Shown one piece after another: positions 1-11,805 of a stretch of 64,000 nt of DNA; the first letter of the stretch is position 1, and each line of letters starts with the position of its first letter. The stretch is from Salisapilia sapeloensis CBS 127946. Lineage: Eukaryota; Protista; Oomycota. Location of the stretch: positions 1 to 64,000 of the forward strand of contig JAADVB010000059.1 in NCBI GenBank assembly GCA_023334545.1, in the 5' to 3' direction. The notes under the pieces are model-generated. The model was not told the origin of the DNA. It ran no database searches and worked only from the letters and a program-made list of their open reading frames with translations. The translations under genes and the position numbers were made by a program.

Positions 1-1774
1 GCGCCGACCTTTTCATGGTTCTTGTAAGCAGACAAGTCGACGGATCCGCCAGACAAGACCACAAGGATGATCGGAAGCTTACTAGCAGCAATAGCATGCT
101 CAATAAGCTGCGTCTGGTAACCTGGAAGACGAATGTGCGTACGGTCGTGCTCCTCCCTCTCCTGTGCTTGATTCAAACCTACGAAGACAACTACTCGTTC
201 CGCTTGACGAGAGATCTCAACTGCCTTGTTGAAGTTCGGAATCGACTCGTAGCCGATACCACAAGCTTCCGAGTGCTCGACATGCTTCACGTAGTCGGAG
301 ATACCGTCCAACGGTGTCTTGATGAAAGCAGGGATACCAAAGTAGTTTGCTAGCATCTCTTGACTGGCATTCAGATGCGGACCAATCAATGCCAATGGTG
401 CGTCGCTGGTAAAGGCATCCACTTCCAGTGGCAAGGTATTGTCTTCATTCTTAAGAAGCACCATACTTTGACGAGCTGCTTGTAGGGCCAATGCTCGGTG
501 CTCGGGCGTATCAATATCCTTTGTCGAGATATCACCGAAAGGCTGCTTTCCCTTTTCAAACATCCCAAGACGCATCTGGACTTTAACGAGACGCTTCAGA
601 GCAGTGTCGATCATGTCTCGCGTCACGATACCGTCTGCCACGGCCTTTGGCAAGTGCTTGCTTAGGAAACTACCGCAGTTGAGATCCATACCAGCATTCA
701 ATGCCGCTGCACAAGTGTGAGCCGGGGACTGTGTGTAGTGGTGGTTGTAGATGATATCTGCCACGGCTTCACAATCAGATGTAATGTATCCGTCGAGCCC
801 CCACGTGTCTCGAACAATGTCCGTCAAGAGATGCTTGTCAGCACAGGCAGGAATGCCATTAACCGCATTATAGCTGCACATGACAGAGCTGACATGACCT
901 TCTGTAACGCATTTCTCAAAGGCAGGCATGTACGTGTCAGCAGTATCACGCTTGGACACAATAGCATCAAACTCATGTCGCTGGGATTCTTGACTGTAGG
1001 CTGAAAAATGTTTGCAGCAAGCAGACACTTTCAAGAAGCCACTATCCGATCCTTCGACCTTCGGAGCTTCACCTTGTAACGCTCGCACATAGATCGAACC
1101 GTATTCGCTGGTCAGCAACGGATCCTCTCCTGACGTTTTCGTTTGAATATTTGCGATCAGATATGAGATGTAGGGAATAAATAATAAATACACATACCTG
1201 GCGTTTCCTGTCCTCGACCCCATCGCGGATCACGAAAGATGTTGATATTGGGTGTCCAGAAGGTCAGCCCGGATGTCTTGGAGTTGTAGAAAGCTCTATA
1301 TGGTCATCAGCTGTTAGGTACAGTTTGATTGCGATGGGTTAAAAAAATATGGCCGTACCGCCCTTCTGTGGACACTGCGATACCAATCTCTTGGAAGAGC
1401 GTGCGGTTGAAAGAAGATGAGAGACCAATGATTTGTGGAAAGCTCGTTGCGAACGGCGTCACATCTTCTTCGAAAGTAACTGCCGGCGAATGAGCAACAC
1501 CATGGAGCGCTTCGCCCCACCACATGTACGGCGGAAGTTTGACGCTTTTCGCTTCGGAGGCGCGATCGATGAGCATTCCTACCGCCTCCTGAAGCGGGAT
1601 TCGAGACACCAAATCACTCACGCGGACATCCATCGACTGCGAAGAGTCACAAAACGGAAGGTCGGAGATATCAGGGTCATTGCAGACGCCATCCGAGAAG
1701 GAGGGTGCGTGCGTCGAAGGATTGCTTTGGAGCGATAGCGCCGACAACACTGCGTTGCGCACTGGAAGCAGCAT
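1..1774 (-). CDS. Glycoside hydrolase family 3, beta-xylosidase-like, probably secreted; multi-exon, 3' end runs off the window start
   Basis: Exon 1 has [10 protein letters not shown] and ATSFPQII. After introns at about 1295-1357 and 1130-1199 the spliced frame reads [36 protein letters not shown], then CCKHF and [10 protein letters not shown], all GH3 motifs. First ATG is at 1774 (the ORF track starts at a TTG at 1816). Confidence 0.9.
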
Positions 1775-2255
1775 AATGGAAAATGACCTCGAGCTTGCGG
1801 CGACGGATCCTGACAATCATCACAGAGGGTACCAAGAGGCGAAAAGAATCACCACGAGCAGTTAGTTGTCTAATCTTACAAGTGCGGATCTTTGAACTTC
1901 AATCACGCGAGTTTGATGTGATCGAACTTGAAGAGGAGTTGGCGTCGTTTCCACATAAATGATGGATGTCTGGGTTCAGCTGGAAAAGGATGGATGTGTA
2001 CCTGTGAAATTTTAGTCGGCACGACGAAACTATCTCTCCGGCCTGTAACTGTTCACAGTCCAACGTAGGATGGCCAGTTCACCCGAAAAGGCGCATGCCG
2101 ACGATTCCGATCGAAGGTAGGCTGACTAGTCAAGAGAACGCGGCTTCTCCCGCATCAGTTGACCATCGTTCCATCTGGGCGAGTATGAATCGAATGGAAT
2201 CACGATCCTTCAAGACGACTGGAGAAAGGAGAGAACAGAGAGCTCACATCTCAAT

Positions 2256-3536
2256 TTGCTCCCGTCACACAAAGAGAAACGTAGTCCATCAAGAGACTGG
2301 GATCCCATGGCGACTGTCTCGCACCTCGGATTCCACCCAAGAACCCGCAAATTGTCTTTTGCGACGCCACACATACCTGCTTCCCACAAAATGCGACCGA
2401 AAGGAATGCTTGTTGTTGCGCCGGGTGCCAAGCCGCAGGCTAAGAACCACCGCTTCTTCCAAATGTGCGGATCTCCCATTCGAACGGCCAAGTTGCATGC
2501 GACGTCCTCAACGAGCACTGCTATTGCCAACTATGCAACACCGTCGTCGGATGTACTAGACTCGACGGACTACTCCACCTTTAATTATCAGACACTGCGC
2601 TCGGGCGATGAAATGCCCGCGACGCGTGCGAGGTCGGTGTCTGCGCAAGAGTTTCTATCGACAGAAGCCGTGTGTTCCGTGAACGACATGCCGTCGATGG
2701 GAGAAACGGAAGAGGAGGGCGTGGATTCATTCAGCATTCGTATGGAAGACGTCCAACTGGGCAAAGTCATTGGGGAAGGAGCCTTTGGAAAAGTGTATCA
2801 GGCCCAATATTGCGGCCAGCGAGTTGCTGTCAAAGTACTCTTGCGCCAAGACTTGAGTAATGCTGTGCTCAAGGAGTTCGAATCCGAAGCACGCATCATG
2901 CGAGTACTACAGCACCCGAACATCTGCCGACTGCTAGGTGCCTGTCTGCGTCCGCAACAGCGGGCACTTGTCCTGGAGCTAGTTGCTCGTGGTTCCTTGT
3001 GGGAAGTGTTGCGGACCGCGACACCGGAAGAATTGACGACGCGACGTCGCATTCAATTCGCACTGGACGCCGCCCAAGGCATGAAGTATTTACATTCGTT
3101 CAATCCACCCATCCTACATCGGGATATGAAGTCACCCAATCTACTTGTCGAAGAGGACTTGACACTGAAGCTTTCCGACTTTGGACTGTCCCGTGTCAAG
3201 GCGCAAATTCAAACCATGACCGGGAATACCGGCACGGTGCAGTGGATGGCACCGGAAGTTCTCGGCAATCGCAAGTACACAGAGAAAGCAGACGTTTTCT
3301 CGTTTGCGATCGTATTGTGGGAAATTTTTTCGCAGCAATGCCCGCACCAAGGGATGACGCAAATTCAAGCAGCCTTAGGTGTCCTTAACCACGATTTGCG
3401 TCCGGCCGTACCACGTGATTGTCCTCGCGTCGTTTCGCGATTGATGCGTGCCTGTTGGATTCGAGAGCCGAATCTCCGTCCGTCATTTATTGAAATTGTA
3501 CGTGTGTTGGAAGCAACGCTTCGGACCCTTCGCTAA
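2256..3536 (+). CDS. Tyrosine-kinase-like (Raf/MLK-type) Ser/Thr protein kinase; 5' end uncertain
   Basis: Complete kinase motif set: IGEGAFGKVY, VAVK, HRDMKSPN, DFG, GTVQWMAPE, DVFSF. The first in-frame ATG is 2307. The frame is open from 2163 and upstream ATGs at 2070 and 2095 suggest a possible short first exon. Confidence 0.9.
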   Translation: MLPSHKEKRSPSRDWDPMATVSHLGFHPRTRKLSFATPHIPASHKMRPKGMLVVAPGAKPQAKNHRFFQMCGSPIRTAKLHATSSTSTAIANYATPSSDVLDSTDYSTFNYQTLRSGDEMPATRARSVSAQEFLSTEAVCSVNDMPSMGETEEEGVDSFSIRMEDVQLGKVIGEGAFGKVYQAQYCGQRVAVKVLLRQDLSNAVLKEFESEARIMRVLQHPNICRLLGACLRPQQRALVLELVARGSLWEVLRTATPEELTTRRRIQFALDAAQGMKYLHSFNPPILHRDMKSPNLLVEEDLTLKLSDFGLSRVKAQIQTMTGNTGTVQWMAPEVLGNRKYTEKADVFSFAIVLWEIFSQQCPHQGMTQIQAALGVLNHDLRPAVPRDCPRVVSRLMRACWIREPNLRPSFIEIVRVLEATLRTLR

Positions 3537-3894
3537 GTATACATGAAGCTGCAGGGCCTAGTACCAGGTCACAAGTAGCGCCACGTCGAGTAAGAAAGAA
3601 ATATATTGCAAAAATGTCTTTTAAAGATTGAAATGGTACATCATTGGTTCACTGATTACGCTTGGACTTCTATACCTCACTTAACCTCCGATCGCTTCTT
3701 CCCTCTTCCACACTACTACTGGCTGCGACTCACCCACGGTGCCTAGTGTCCAGTTGAGTTGATTTGAAAGAGTGCTGTGGGTAAATCAAGTGAGAAAGGC
3801 ACAGAGCAAATCAGCAGGTGGTAACACGAGTGTCGCGGATTCTCCTAAGCGTCCGCCTAGCATCGGCTGTGGGTAGTTCCTGAATCAGTGAAAC

Positions 3895-6102
3895 ATGTCA
3901 AGACAATCGGCGATGGCGCCAATGGGAGCTCCCATGAATGATCTCATGCGCACGGTGTGTACGCTTAGTCGCGCCTGCGTCATGGAACAGAATACGATAC
4001 GTGACCAGCGGATTATCGACACGTTGGAAACTCAAGCGACAGCGATTTTACGTCGTCGTCGATGCACCAACAAGACACCGCCGTTTACATTCCCATCTGA
4101 AAAGGCATCGACTAAACGTCGAAAGCTATCTTCCGACAGTGACGAAGGTGAGACGTACCAATCGACCACCACGTCGACACACAAAAAGGTCCATTCGAAC
4201 GTGAACAAAGTCAAAGACAATCAGCCTCCTATATCCGCTCCTGCTGCCTTGTACTACAAAGGCCAGAGGTGCGATCATAACATGGAAAACGAGTCGGAGA
4301 TGGCAAATTCCGTCGCATCGACAAGTACTTTAGAAAGCGAAGATCAATGGGATGAGGAAGCAAACCATAGTCAGCTGCACAATAACCAGGGTTTGGAGGA
4401 CTGTCAGCCTATCGATGAAGAGGCAGAGCACTTGTTCGATGACGACGTGAATGCCTTAGGTGTCCCTGGTGCCACACGACCTCGGCGATTAAGGCGAACA
4501 TCGAGTGGATGGGTGAACGATTCAAAGCCTCAAGTAATTCCAGAAGATGAGAATACGGATGATGACAGTTTACCCGACATACCTCGTCCACCCCTCTCTG
4601 CTTCCTCAGCTCTAGCTGCTCAGTCTTCTACTGACGTCGTTGTCAACGTCTTGCAGTCTATATTGCATCAGAACAATAGTCTAGAGACAAGTCGTATCGA
4701 TCGCAACCAAATCGCCACGCTCGTGGCACACTACCAGCGTCAGCATTCTTTGGATGCAGATCTACTTACCAACTTACAAGATCGTGCACGACGGTTGGAA
4801 ACGAAAGACTTGACTAGTGATACGCCTCCAAAGGAAAGACAGTCTGTAAAGTCGATCGTTGGTCGATTCGAGGGTCTTGCAGTATCCAAAAACGGTAGTC
4901 GAGTGAAACAAGCTAGACAAGTGGAGAGTGAGGATGTTGCTACTCAATTGCAGGACAAGGAGAAAGAGCTTGTTGATTTATTACAGCGAGTGCAGGTTGC
5001 TAGCTCAGATGTCGCTTCCAATGTCAACGGATCACAGGAGCGTCAAGAGCCAGCTAAGCATCTAAGCAAGCGGCGTTCAACGAGCAACAGTCGTTCTTCT
5101 GAGCGTAAAACGGATGGCCTTCGGAAGAATCAAGCGCATCAGAAAGCGGAGATGAAAAAGCTGAAAGCGGCAGTGAAAGAAAGAGACAAAGAGATCTGTC
5201 ATCTCTACCTCCAGCTCTCTGCAAAGAAGAAGCTGGTGCAGGAAATTACGAAAGCCTTTGTCAATCAAATTGAGATTGTCACTGACAATGCGATTATGGC
5301 TAAGCCGTCCCCTCCAGTACCAGCCCCATCACCTGCTGTACCAGCTCCTGATATGGAGATGCAAATGTTTTTATTCCGAAGTGTCGTCGAGAAACAACGC
5401 AAAGTGGAGGAACTGAATGTCGCCTTGGAACAGATGGAGGAAGAAGTGCTTCGAGTGGAGCAGGAACTCGAGTCGAAGGAAGCGGAGAATGCGCAGCTGA
5501 GACAGAGTCGAGAACTACTGAGTGAGAGCGTTCGGACGGCCAATGCGCAGGTGGTGCGACTGCAATCTGCTATGGAGAGTGACGATGAGGAAAGCAAGGA
5601 GAGTGAGACAGAGAGACGAGGGGCAAGTCGCTTTTCCGCTGAACGACTAGACATGACGCCTAATGACGAAGAGTCACCACTTGTGCAGACGCACAAGCGC
5701 CGGCATAGTTTGACACAAGTGGAAAGCCAGTGGAGTTACTCTGGTAGTGAAGATGGAGAGGACGACCAGGATCGACTGAGCTTCTCGACAGCTGATCTCC
5801 GACGTAGTTCCATGAGACTGGATGGCGTTTTAGACTACCTTCGTCCAAGTCGATTAAGTCTTCCAGAATGGAAATCTGGAAACGGTGAGGCTAAGAGTCG
5901 GCGCACCTCGATGTTTTCGATATTAAAGGGCGAACGCGTGAGTATCGAGGAGGAGAAAACTGGATCCGAGACTGGCGATGAGCTGCGGAATGGCCATACT
6001 TTCATAAGCACTGCTGCAAGTTACTGTTCATCTGCATCGTCAGACGACTTAGACATAATGGAAATGCTTCATTGTCGAGAGATGAAAAAGAAAAATATAT
6101 AA
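3895..6102 (+). CDS. Uncharacterised 735-aa protein, Ser-rich disordered regions plus long coiled coils
   Basis: Long uninterrupted ORF with heptad-rich segments (LQDKEKELVDLLQRV; KVEELNVALEQMEEEVLRVEQELESKEAENAQL). No catalytic motif recognised. Confidence 0.8.
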   Translation: MSRQSAMAPMGAPMNDLMRTVCTLSRACVMEQNTIRDQRIIDTLETQATAILRRRRCTNKTPPFTFPSEKASTKRRKLSSDSDEGETYQSTTTSTHKKVHSNVNKVKDNQPPISAPAALYYKGQRCDHNMENESEMANSVASTSTLESEDQWDEEANHSQLHNNQGLEDCQPIDEEAEHLFDDDVNALGVPGATRPRRLRRTSSGWVNDSKPQVIPEDENTDDDSLPDIPRPPLSASSALAAQSSTDVVVNVLQSILHQNNSLETSRIDRNQIATLVAHYQRQHSLDADLLTNLQDRARRLETKDLTSDTPPKERQSVKSIVGRFEGLAVSKNGSRVKQARQVESEDVATQLQDKEKELVDLLQRVQVASSDVASNVNGSQERQEPAKHLSKRRSTSNSRSSERKTDGLRKNQAHQKAEMKKLKAAVKERDKEICHLYLQLSAKKKLVQEITKAFVNQIEIVTDNAIMAKPSPPVPAPSPAVPAPDMEMQMFLFRSVVEKQRKVEELNVALEQMEEEVLRVEQELESKEAENAQLRQSRELLSESVRTANAQVVRLQSAMESDDEESKESETERRGASRFSAERLDMTPNDEESPLVQTHKRRHSLTQVESQWSYSGSEDGEDDQDRLSFSTADLRRSSMRLDGVLDYLRPSRLSLPEWKSGNGEAKSRRTSMFSILKGERVSIEEEKTGSETGDELRNGHTFISTAASYCSSASSDDLDIMEMLHCREMKKKNI

Positions 6103-6683
6103 TTTGTACTGATATCTGTATCTGCGTATTTGGACATTCAAGTTGATTGGGAAGATAGTTCAAGACATGTCGTATCCGAGTGCTGTTTTCTCGTCTATAC
6201 AGTCGTTTGTTTCATTGGGGGTGAATGCGCAGGTTGGAAGAAAGAAGTATCGTTGGTGGCTTGCTACAGTGTTTACATGTTCAACGCGCCTACGGTCAAG
6301 ACGCATTTATTCATCAGATAAATAGACACCCAGAAAATAAAACTGCTAGTCCTGCATTCGTGTCTCTACGCTCAGTATCCCGCATCCAGTGACAAGATTT
6401 TCAAGTCTTGTAATGATAGAAGGCCCAATGAAGGCTTCTAATACTCTTTGGATTGCTTTCTTTTGGCTCTGCAAGCCGACACTAGCAAGAGTTTACTATG
6501 TACACACCATTCATATAAGCTTCGCTGCAAACCTAAATACTAGTCCAAGATAAGATTAGCAGCCAAGATCTCGTAGGAGGGAAGTCATGATCTACAGGAT
6601 CAGATGTACCGTGATGGAAACTTCGAAATTTATTTTACTTGGCGTAATTTATATGCAACAGAACTACACAACAAAGTGTGAAA

Positions 6684-7953
6684 ATGGTTTTGGCGGCATT
6701 GACAGCCGAAGATGCAGCACTAACTCGCTTCAGCGGCTACTTTTCTGTCGGACTAGACGAGTACAAGGTCGTGATTGATGGCGTCGAGTATGACGCACAA
6801 TCCAATATCAAATTTGCGGGCGCTAGCATCTTGGCTGAACCAGCTTTGCAGCAATTGCTCGAACCACACATTGACACACTCAAGGTATCTAGCTCATGCC
6901 AGTAACAATTAACTACCTACTTATGCCTTAAATGGAACCTAGGTCCGAATGCAGCAAGCTTCTTCTGTTGATGATCTTGTATTCGAGTTGCAGGAACTCG
7001 TATCGATCTGTCAGCAAGGCAAAAGCGGTGGACTTACAGCACCAACAATTGATTCGTCGTCGCTTCTACCAACTGACTACTACACCTTTTTAATGGAAGA
7101 GATAGAAACCATTGGATGGGACCATCTAGTGCAACTTAGTGACGACTTGCGTTCCGTAGAGCTGCAGACGGTAGACTCTTCCAATCGGAAGCACTCCATT
7201 CGCCTCACAATATCATCACCAGGCTCCACACGCTCGTTACCACAATGCTCAGTGGATGCACCAGACACTTTTGAGCTATATAGTCCTAGTGACATGACTC
7301 TCAGTCGACGACCTACATATGGAGCAATTTCTTTCCAAGAAATTTTATCTCAGTTCGATGCGTTTTTAGAAAAGTTCCAATCGTTTTGGGAAGTTATGGA
7401 CGACATTGACGCAAATTGCTGCGTCCTAGAGCCACAACATCCTACTCGAGCTTCCTCTCGTCGTCGACTTGCACTTGCTAAGCATGCTTCTGTGCAAATA
7501 CAAATTCTGGATCCGACACAACCTCGTTCTCGTTGTGAGCTCAGCTTCTTCGGCAGTGACGCTACGATCGGAGGATGGCGTCAGCGATGGAGTGAAGGTG
7601 CTCACACGTGGAATGACACGATGCTTGTTCGGTCGAACCTTGAGGACATCCTTGGCATCCGATTCCCAGCTCCGACGCACCATAAAGCAGACGAATTTGC
7701 AGTTGAGTGTGGCATCTGCTACTGCTACCGTCTCAACGTCGACACTGACCAATCGAGTCATCAAAACGAAAACAAAGAAGAGACTGTGATTCCAGATCGG
7801 ATGTGTGAGAATGCGAGGTGCAACCGTCCATTCCATGAAAAGTGCCTATTTGAATGGCTCAAGGCACTCCCGACAGCTCGTCGATCCTTCAGTACTGTCT
7901 TTGGCGAATGTCCATACTGCCGTGAAGTCATAAGTGCCAAACTCGTTACATGA
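6684..7953 (+). CDS. FANCL: Fanconi anemia E3 ubiquitin ligase FANCL (2 exons; intron 6895-6942)
   Basis: DRWD-like segment (FWEVMDDIDANCCVLEP...RRLAL) and the FANCL-type C-terminal RING ECGICY...CENARCNRPFHEKCLFEWL...VFGECPYC. The GT-AG intron joins the two ORF-track pieces in frame. Confidence 0.92.
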
Positions 7954-8083
7954 ATTGATTGTAGAAAGCAATGAATGTATTATCTCGATTTGCTTCACAT
8001 CAACCATTCTGTCAGTAGGAAGTATCTATTCGTTCGTTTCAGGTCGAGCAAAAATAATAGCTACATCTACGCACTGTGCTAGC

Positions 8084-9904
8084 TTACTCATCGCGTTTAC
8101 GCCCACGCGATCGACGGGACTGGTCCCGACGGTACGGATGCGAACGCTCTCCACGACGTCTAGGCTTGGCGTCCGAACCGTATCGACTCGGCATCGTGTC
8201 TCCACTTTCAAGTGCATTCCGACCGCCCTGTTGACGAGGTGCAGCGCGGTCGCGACGGCCGCGAGAGCCTCTCTCATGGTACTTTTTGTTAGCTTTCTCC
8301 GGAGGAAAGTCGTCGTCCGTGGCTTTGCGAAGCAGTAACCTCCACTTGCCAGCATCAGAAGCTCCAGAGCTGGCGATTGGGAAGGCCCAATGCCATCCTG
8401 ATCTGTTAAAGGCATCATCCGGAACTTCTTCCTCCATCGCATTATCACCTTCCGTCGGCTCCTCTGCATCTCCCATCTCCACATCCTCTGCTTCTGGCTT
8501 GACGTCACTTTCATCTACCTTCTTCCTCGTCTGTGGTTCAATTGGCTGACTCAATGCGATAAGAGCTCGTCCGGCCGTGAACGGATCCTCAAACACGACG
8601 GTACAAGAACTGTCGTTGAGCCATTCGACATACGACGGTCCGTAGCCTTCAAAGTAGCTCAACACGTCTTTCGTACGCACACGTTGGAAGTGGGAGTCAG
8701 GCGAGTAAAGGTGCAATGCGTCCGTCCTAGCCTCCATATTCTCTTTCACATCCATTCGCTCGCCTTTTACTTTTTCCGACGCTGGTGTAAGTTCCACTTG
8801 TCCCAATTCCGCTTTTCCACCGACACGCGTCTCTTCAGCTGAAAGACCGAACTTGACCGCTCGTTCCGCCATCTTCTCTTTCGACGATTGCATCTCCTGC
8901 CACTCTTCTTGCGACATGCCATCACGCATTGCTTGTGCTGTTTCGGTTGAAAAATCCACAGCGAAGGATGGCGTTTGAAAACGCTCCATCCGCTGCGCTC
9001 GTTTCTTCTTTTCTTCTTCACTCGTCATGTCAAATCCAGTCACGAAGCCAGGTTGCGTCCGACCCGAACGCTGCAATTGACGAATGAGCTTGGGGTCTAC
9101 GAATTCCTTGACAGAAGGAGGGATGAAAGTGGACGCTTCAGAAGCTCCAAAGCGTTCAAATCGACGACGAGCAGTCTCAACTGCTTCCTTGTAAGAATTG
9201 TGCTGCTCTGGCGTTAGCAGATCCGACGATCCGGTGGGTTCCTCACGCACAATGACACGTGGAGTTAAAGTGCTAGCATCTACTACCGGGAGATTGCCAT
9301 TCTCGTCCTTCATTAGACTCTTAACGCGTAAGTTTCGATACGTGACGGGCGTATCCCATGTCGTGATACTCGCTCGTGAGAGCTGCTCGACAGCATCTTG
9401 AGCCTCTGAATCGCAGCATACAGCCAGTGGATCCTCTCCGACGTCAGATCCAATGCCGACTGCGATGTAATTACCACTCATAGCCACCCAGTACGGAATA
9501 AAATCACTGCGAGAGCATGTTCGACCAGTGAAGGCTCGATTAAGCTCCACCTCTTTTGCTCCCTTTTGCGCAATTGGCGTCGCATTCTTACGTACAATGA
9601 CCTCCGTATTCCCTGTTCCTCCAATGACAATTTCGTATCTCCACGAAACCTTCGCTTTCGTCGTCGTTTCGTCCGATTCAGTCGGTACGACAGCTCCCAA
9701 TCCGACACGTAGATCTTCCTGTGCCGTGGCTTCAAACTGAACAATGAAAGCAGCTACGCTAGGCTGTTCTGAAGTGCCATCTGTGTCCATGAACATAACG
9801 TCGTTCGCCTCAGCCTCATCCCAACGCCGGAAGCGCCCATGGTTCGGCCCAACAGTCTGCTCAGTAGCCATTGCGGTATTTGTTGTATGGCGAGTTGGTT
9901 GCAT
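8084..9904 (-). CDS. NCBP3-like (nuclear cap-binding protein 3) domain protein with an N-terminal farnesoic-acid-O-methyltransferase-like beta domain
   Basis: ALHLY...TKDVLSYFEGYGPSYVEWLNDSSCTVVF matches the NCBP3/DUF2414 motif. YEIVIGGTGNTEVIVRK...YWVAMSGNYIAVG resembles Methyltransf_FA. Arg-rich basic C-tail. Confidence 0.75.
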   Translation of the reverse strand: MQPTRHTTNTAMATEQTVGPNHGRFRRWDEAEANDVMFMDTDGTSEQPSVAAFIVQFEATAQEDLRVGLGAVVPTESDETTTKAKVSWRYEIVIGGTGNTEVIVRKNATPIAQKGAKEVELNRAFTGRTCSRSDFIPYWVAMSGNYIAVGIGSDVGEDPLAVCCDSEAQDAVEQLSRASITTWDTPVTYRNLRVKSLMKDENGNLPVVDASTLTPRVIVREEPTGSSDLLTPEQHNSYKEAVETARRRFERFGASEASTFIPPSVKEFVDPKLIRQLQRSGRTQPGFVTGFDMTSEEEKKKRAQRMERFQTPSFAVDFSTETAQAMRDGMSQEEWQEMQSSKEKMAERAVKFGLSAEETRVGGKAELGQVELTPASEKVKGERMDVKENMEARTDALHLYSPDSHFQRVRTKDVLSYFEGYGPSYVEWLNDSSCTVVFEDPFTAGRALIALSQPIEPQTRKKVDESDVKPEAEDVEMGDAEEPTEGDNAMEEEVPDDAFNRSGWHWAFPIASSGASDAGKWRLLLRKATDDDFPPEKANKKYHERGSRGRRDRAAPRQQGGRNALESGDTMPSRYGSDAKPRRRGERSHPYRRDQSRRSRGRKRDE

Positions 9905-10090
9905 CTTTATGCATTGATTCTATCTTTTTTCTTATCCACTTGAGCAACTTGCTTTCTGTATGAAGAAGTCATAAAGATACACCATCTTTGTTGTTGGACC
10001 ATCGGTCATTTTACCTGTCGTCTCGAAATATGACGCTACTTTCTAAAATTTCGATGTTGAGCGCATAAAAAGGACTTGGACAACAAACTT

Positions 10091-10104
10091 TCATTCCTAA
10101 TTCT
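10091..10104 (+). promoter_or_regulatory. Oomycete-type Inr+FPR core promoter element upstream of FAM136A
   Basis: TCATTCCTAATTCT lies 21 nt before the ATG at 10126 and fits the oomycete TCATTYYNNAWTTY consensus. Confidence 0.55.
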
Positions 10105-10125
10105 GACGCAATTTGATCCAGCGAA

Positions 10126-10603
10126 ATGGCCGAGCAAAAGATGAACGATGCCGTTAAGGCGATGATGGACCGTCTCGACAAGTCTACCTTGCGTACGATG
10201 CAAAAGGATTCGTACCTGTGCAGTGCCAAGTGCTTTGACAATGCCAACTGGTCTGCGGAGCAAATGCAAGGCTGTGTCGAGCGATGCCAGAACCCGATGC
10301 AGCAGGTGCAGCAGTACATGCAGCAGGAGATGGAGAGCTTCCAGGTATGAGAGACCTTGACTATAGATTCCTACCCTAGTACTTACTTTATACGTCTGAT
10401 AGAACCGCCTGCAGCGCTGTGCGATGGACTGCCAAGACCGTGCCAAGGACTCGCTGCCAAGTGGCAATCCGAGCGAAAGTGAGATGGCTAAAGTGCAAAG
10501 CGACATGGAAAAGTGTGTTAGCACTTGTGTCGACTCGCACATCAAGCTGCTTCCGAACCTTGAGAAGCGTATCACGGACACTGTGAAGCAATCCCAGCAG
10601 TAG
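10126..10603 (+). CDS. FAM136A: FAM136A/DUF842 family Cys-rich mitochondrial protein (2 exons; intron 10345-10402)
   Basis: Spliced product ...YLCSAKCFD...CVERC...QQEMESFQNRLQRCAMDCQD...CVSTCVDSHIKLLPNL shows the twin CX3C pattern typical of DUF842. Confidence 0.9.
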
Positions 10604-10705
10604 AAGACACTAAATCATCATAGAGATTGTTCGTCTTATAAGTCGCTAAGCTATTGTACGTTGTGGATTCTATCGATCGCAAAGAAGGGTTGTCGCAGAC
10701 AAACT

Positions 10706-11774
10706 CTATAGGGACGTAGTGGTCCCTTCCGCAGGTTGACATTTCTCCTGCTCTCTCTTTCTCGCCAACTTTTCTCGCCTCGCATCACGTCGGCGTAAGA
10801 ACCACTCATACGTTCCGTATCCAAGGAAGTAGAGAGAGATATGGAATCCGAGGAGGAAGACGTACAAGAATAGGCACGGCGTAGAGATGACGCCACAGAT
10901 GATCAGGGGAATGTAAACAACATGATAGAGGCTGTCCGACGTGTAGTATGGTAGATCTAGAAGGAAGATGGCAAACGATGCGTACACGGCCTGCACAGCA
11001 AACTTCAAAGTGCCTACAACAAAAGTTCACGAGTTAAATCTCGTGAGACTTGTCTTTGGTATGGATTAACATACCGGTGCAGGCAATAGTGAAGAACTGG
11101 GCATAGTTTGCTTGGCCGACACAATTCTGTAGCCTATTCCAATACCATTTTATATGTCATTGATCCGTGCTTTCTAGATGATATACAAGATGTACCAAGT
11201 GCAGTGATGGTCAAGACCGGGGATATACTTGCGGCACACAGAGCAGTAGCGTGTCTTCTCCCAACGAGACCCATCCAGTCGCATACCAAACCAACCTCCA
11301 GACTATACATGCTGTTAATGCGCGTATTCGATGGTCTATGAGAAGAGACTCACGGCTGGGACAATGGAAGGGTCGATCCGTTCGCACGAGATCCAAGCAG
11401 CTACAAGGAGGACTGTGGTTGGAATATGGATGCCCAGTGCTATGACTGTCTATAATGCAAGGTAGATGAGCTCATTATTTATAAAGCATTGACTGCAGGA
11501 AGCGTACCACAAAAAAAGTGTTGGAGGAATGATGCGTATCCACCTTGTATAGCACCAAAATAGACACCACGTAAAAGCATACTGCCGAAATTGAATGGCA
11601 TAGCCACGTAAAGACTTGGTCCTTTGAAAACGGGCGTTCAAATCCATTCACTCGGACATGGCCCGGCGGTCTCGACTCTTCATCCTCCGGTACACGAGAC
11701 TGCTGGGTGTCCTCTACTGCATTTCCATTCTCCTGCGGAAGTGTGACACACACATTCTCTGATGCAACATCCAT
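10706..11774 (-). CDS. DHHC palmitoyl S-acyltransferase (multi-exon)
   Basis: A frame not shown in the ORF track (about 11195-11270) reads RYCSVCRKYIPGLDHHCTW, followed after an intron by LQNCVGQANYAQFF. N-terminal RVNGFERPFSKDQ, TM helices and a C-terminal TYEW motif. Confidence 0.9.
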
Positions 11775-11805
11775 GGTCCTTTGGAGCTAGTAAAATGCTG
11801 AAAGA

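Noticed and set aside
6103-6683. Short ORFs and splice-like signals between the coiled-coil gene and FANCL
   Set aside because: No coherent gene model or motif. Left unannotated.
6688-6696. Perfect E2F-like TTTTGGCGG next to the FANCL start
   Set aside because: It lies inside coding sequence (Val-Leu-Ala-Ala), so it is explained by codons and cannot be supported as regulatory.
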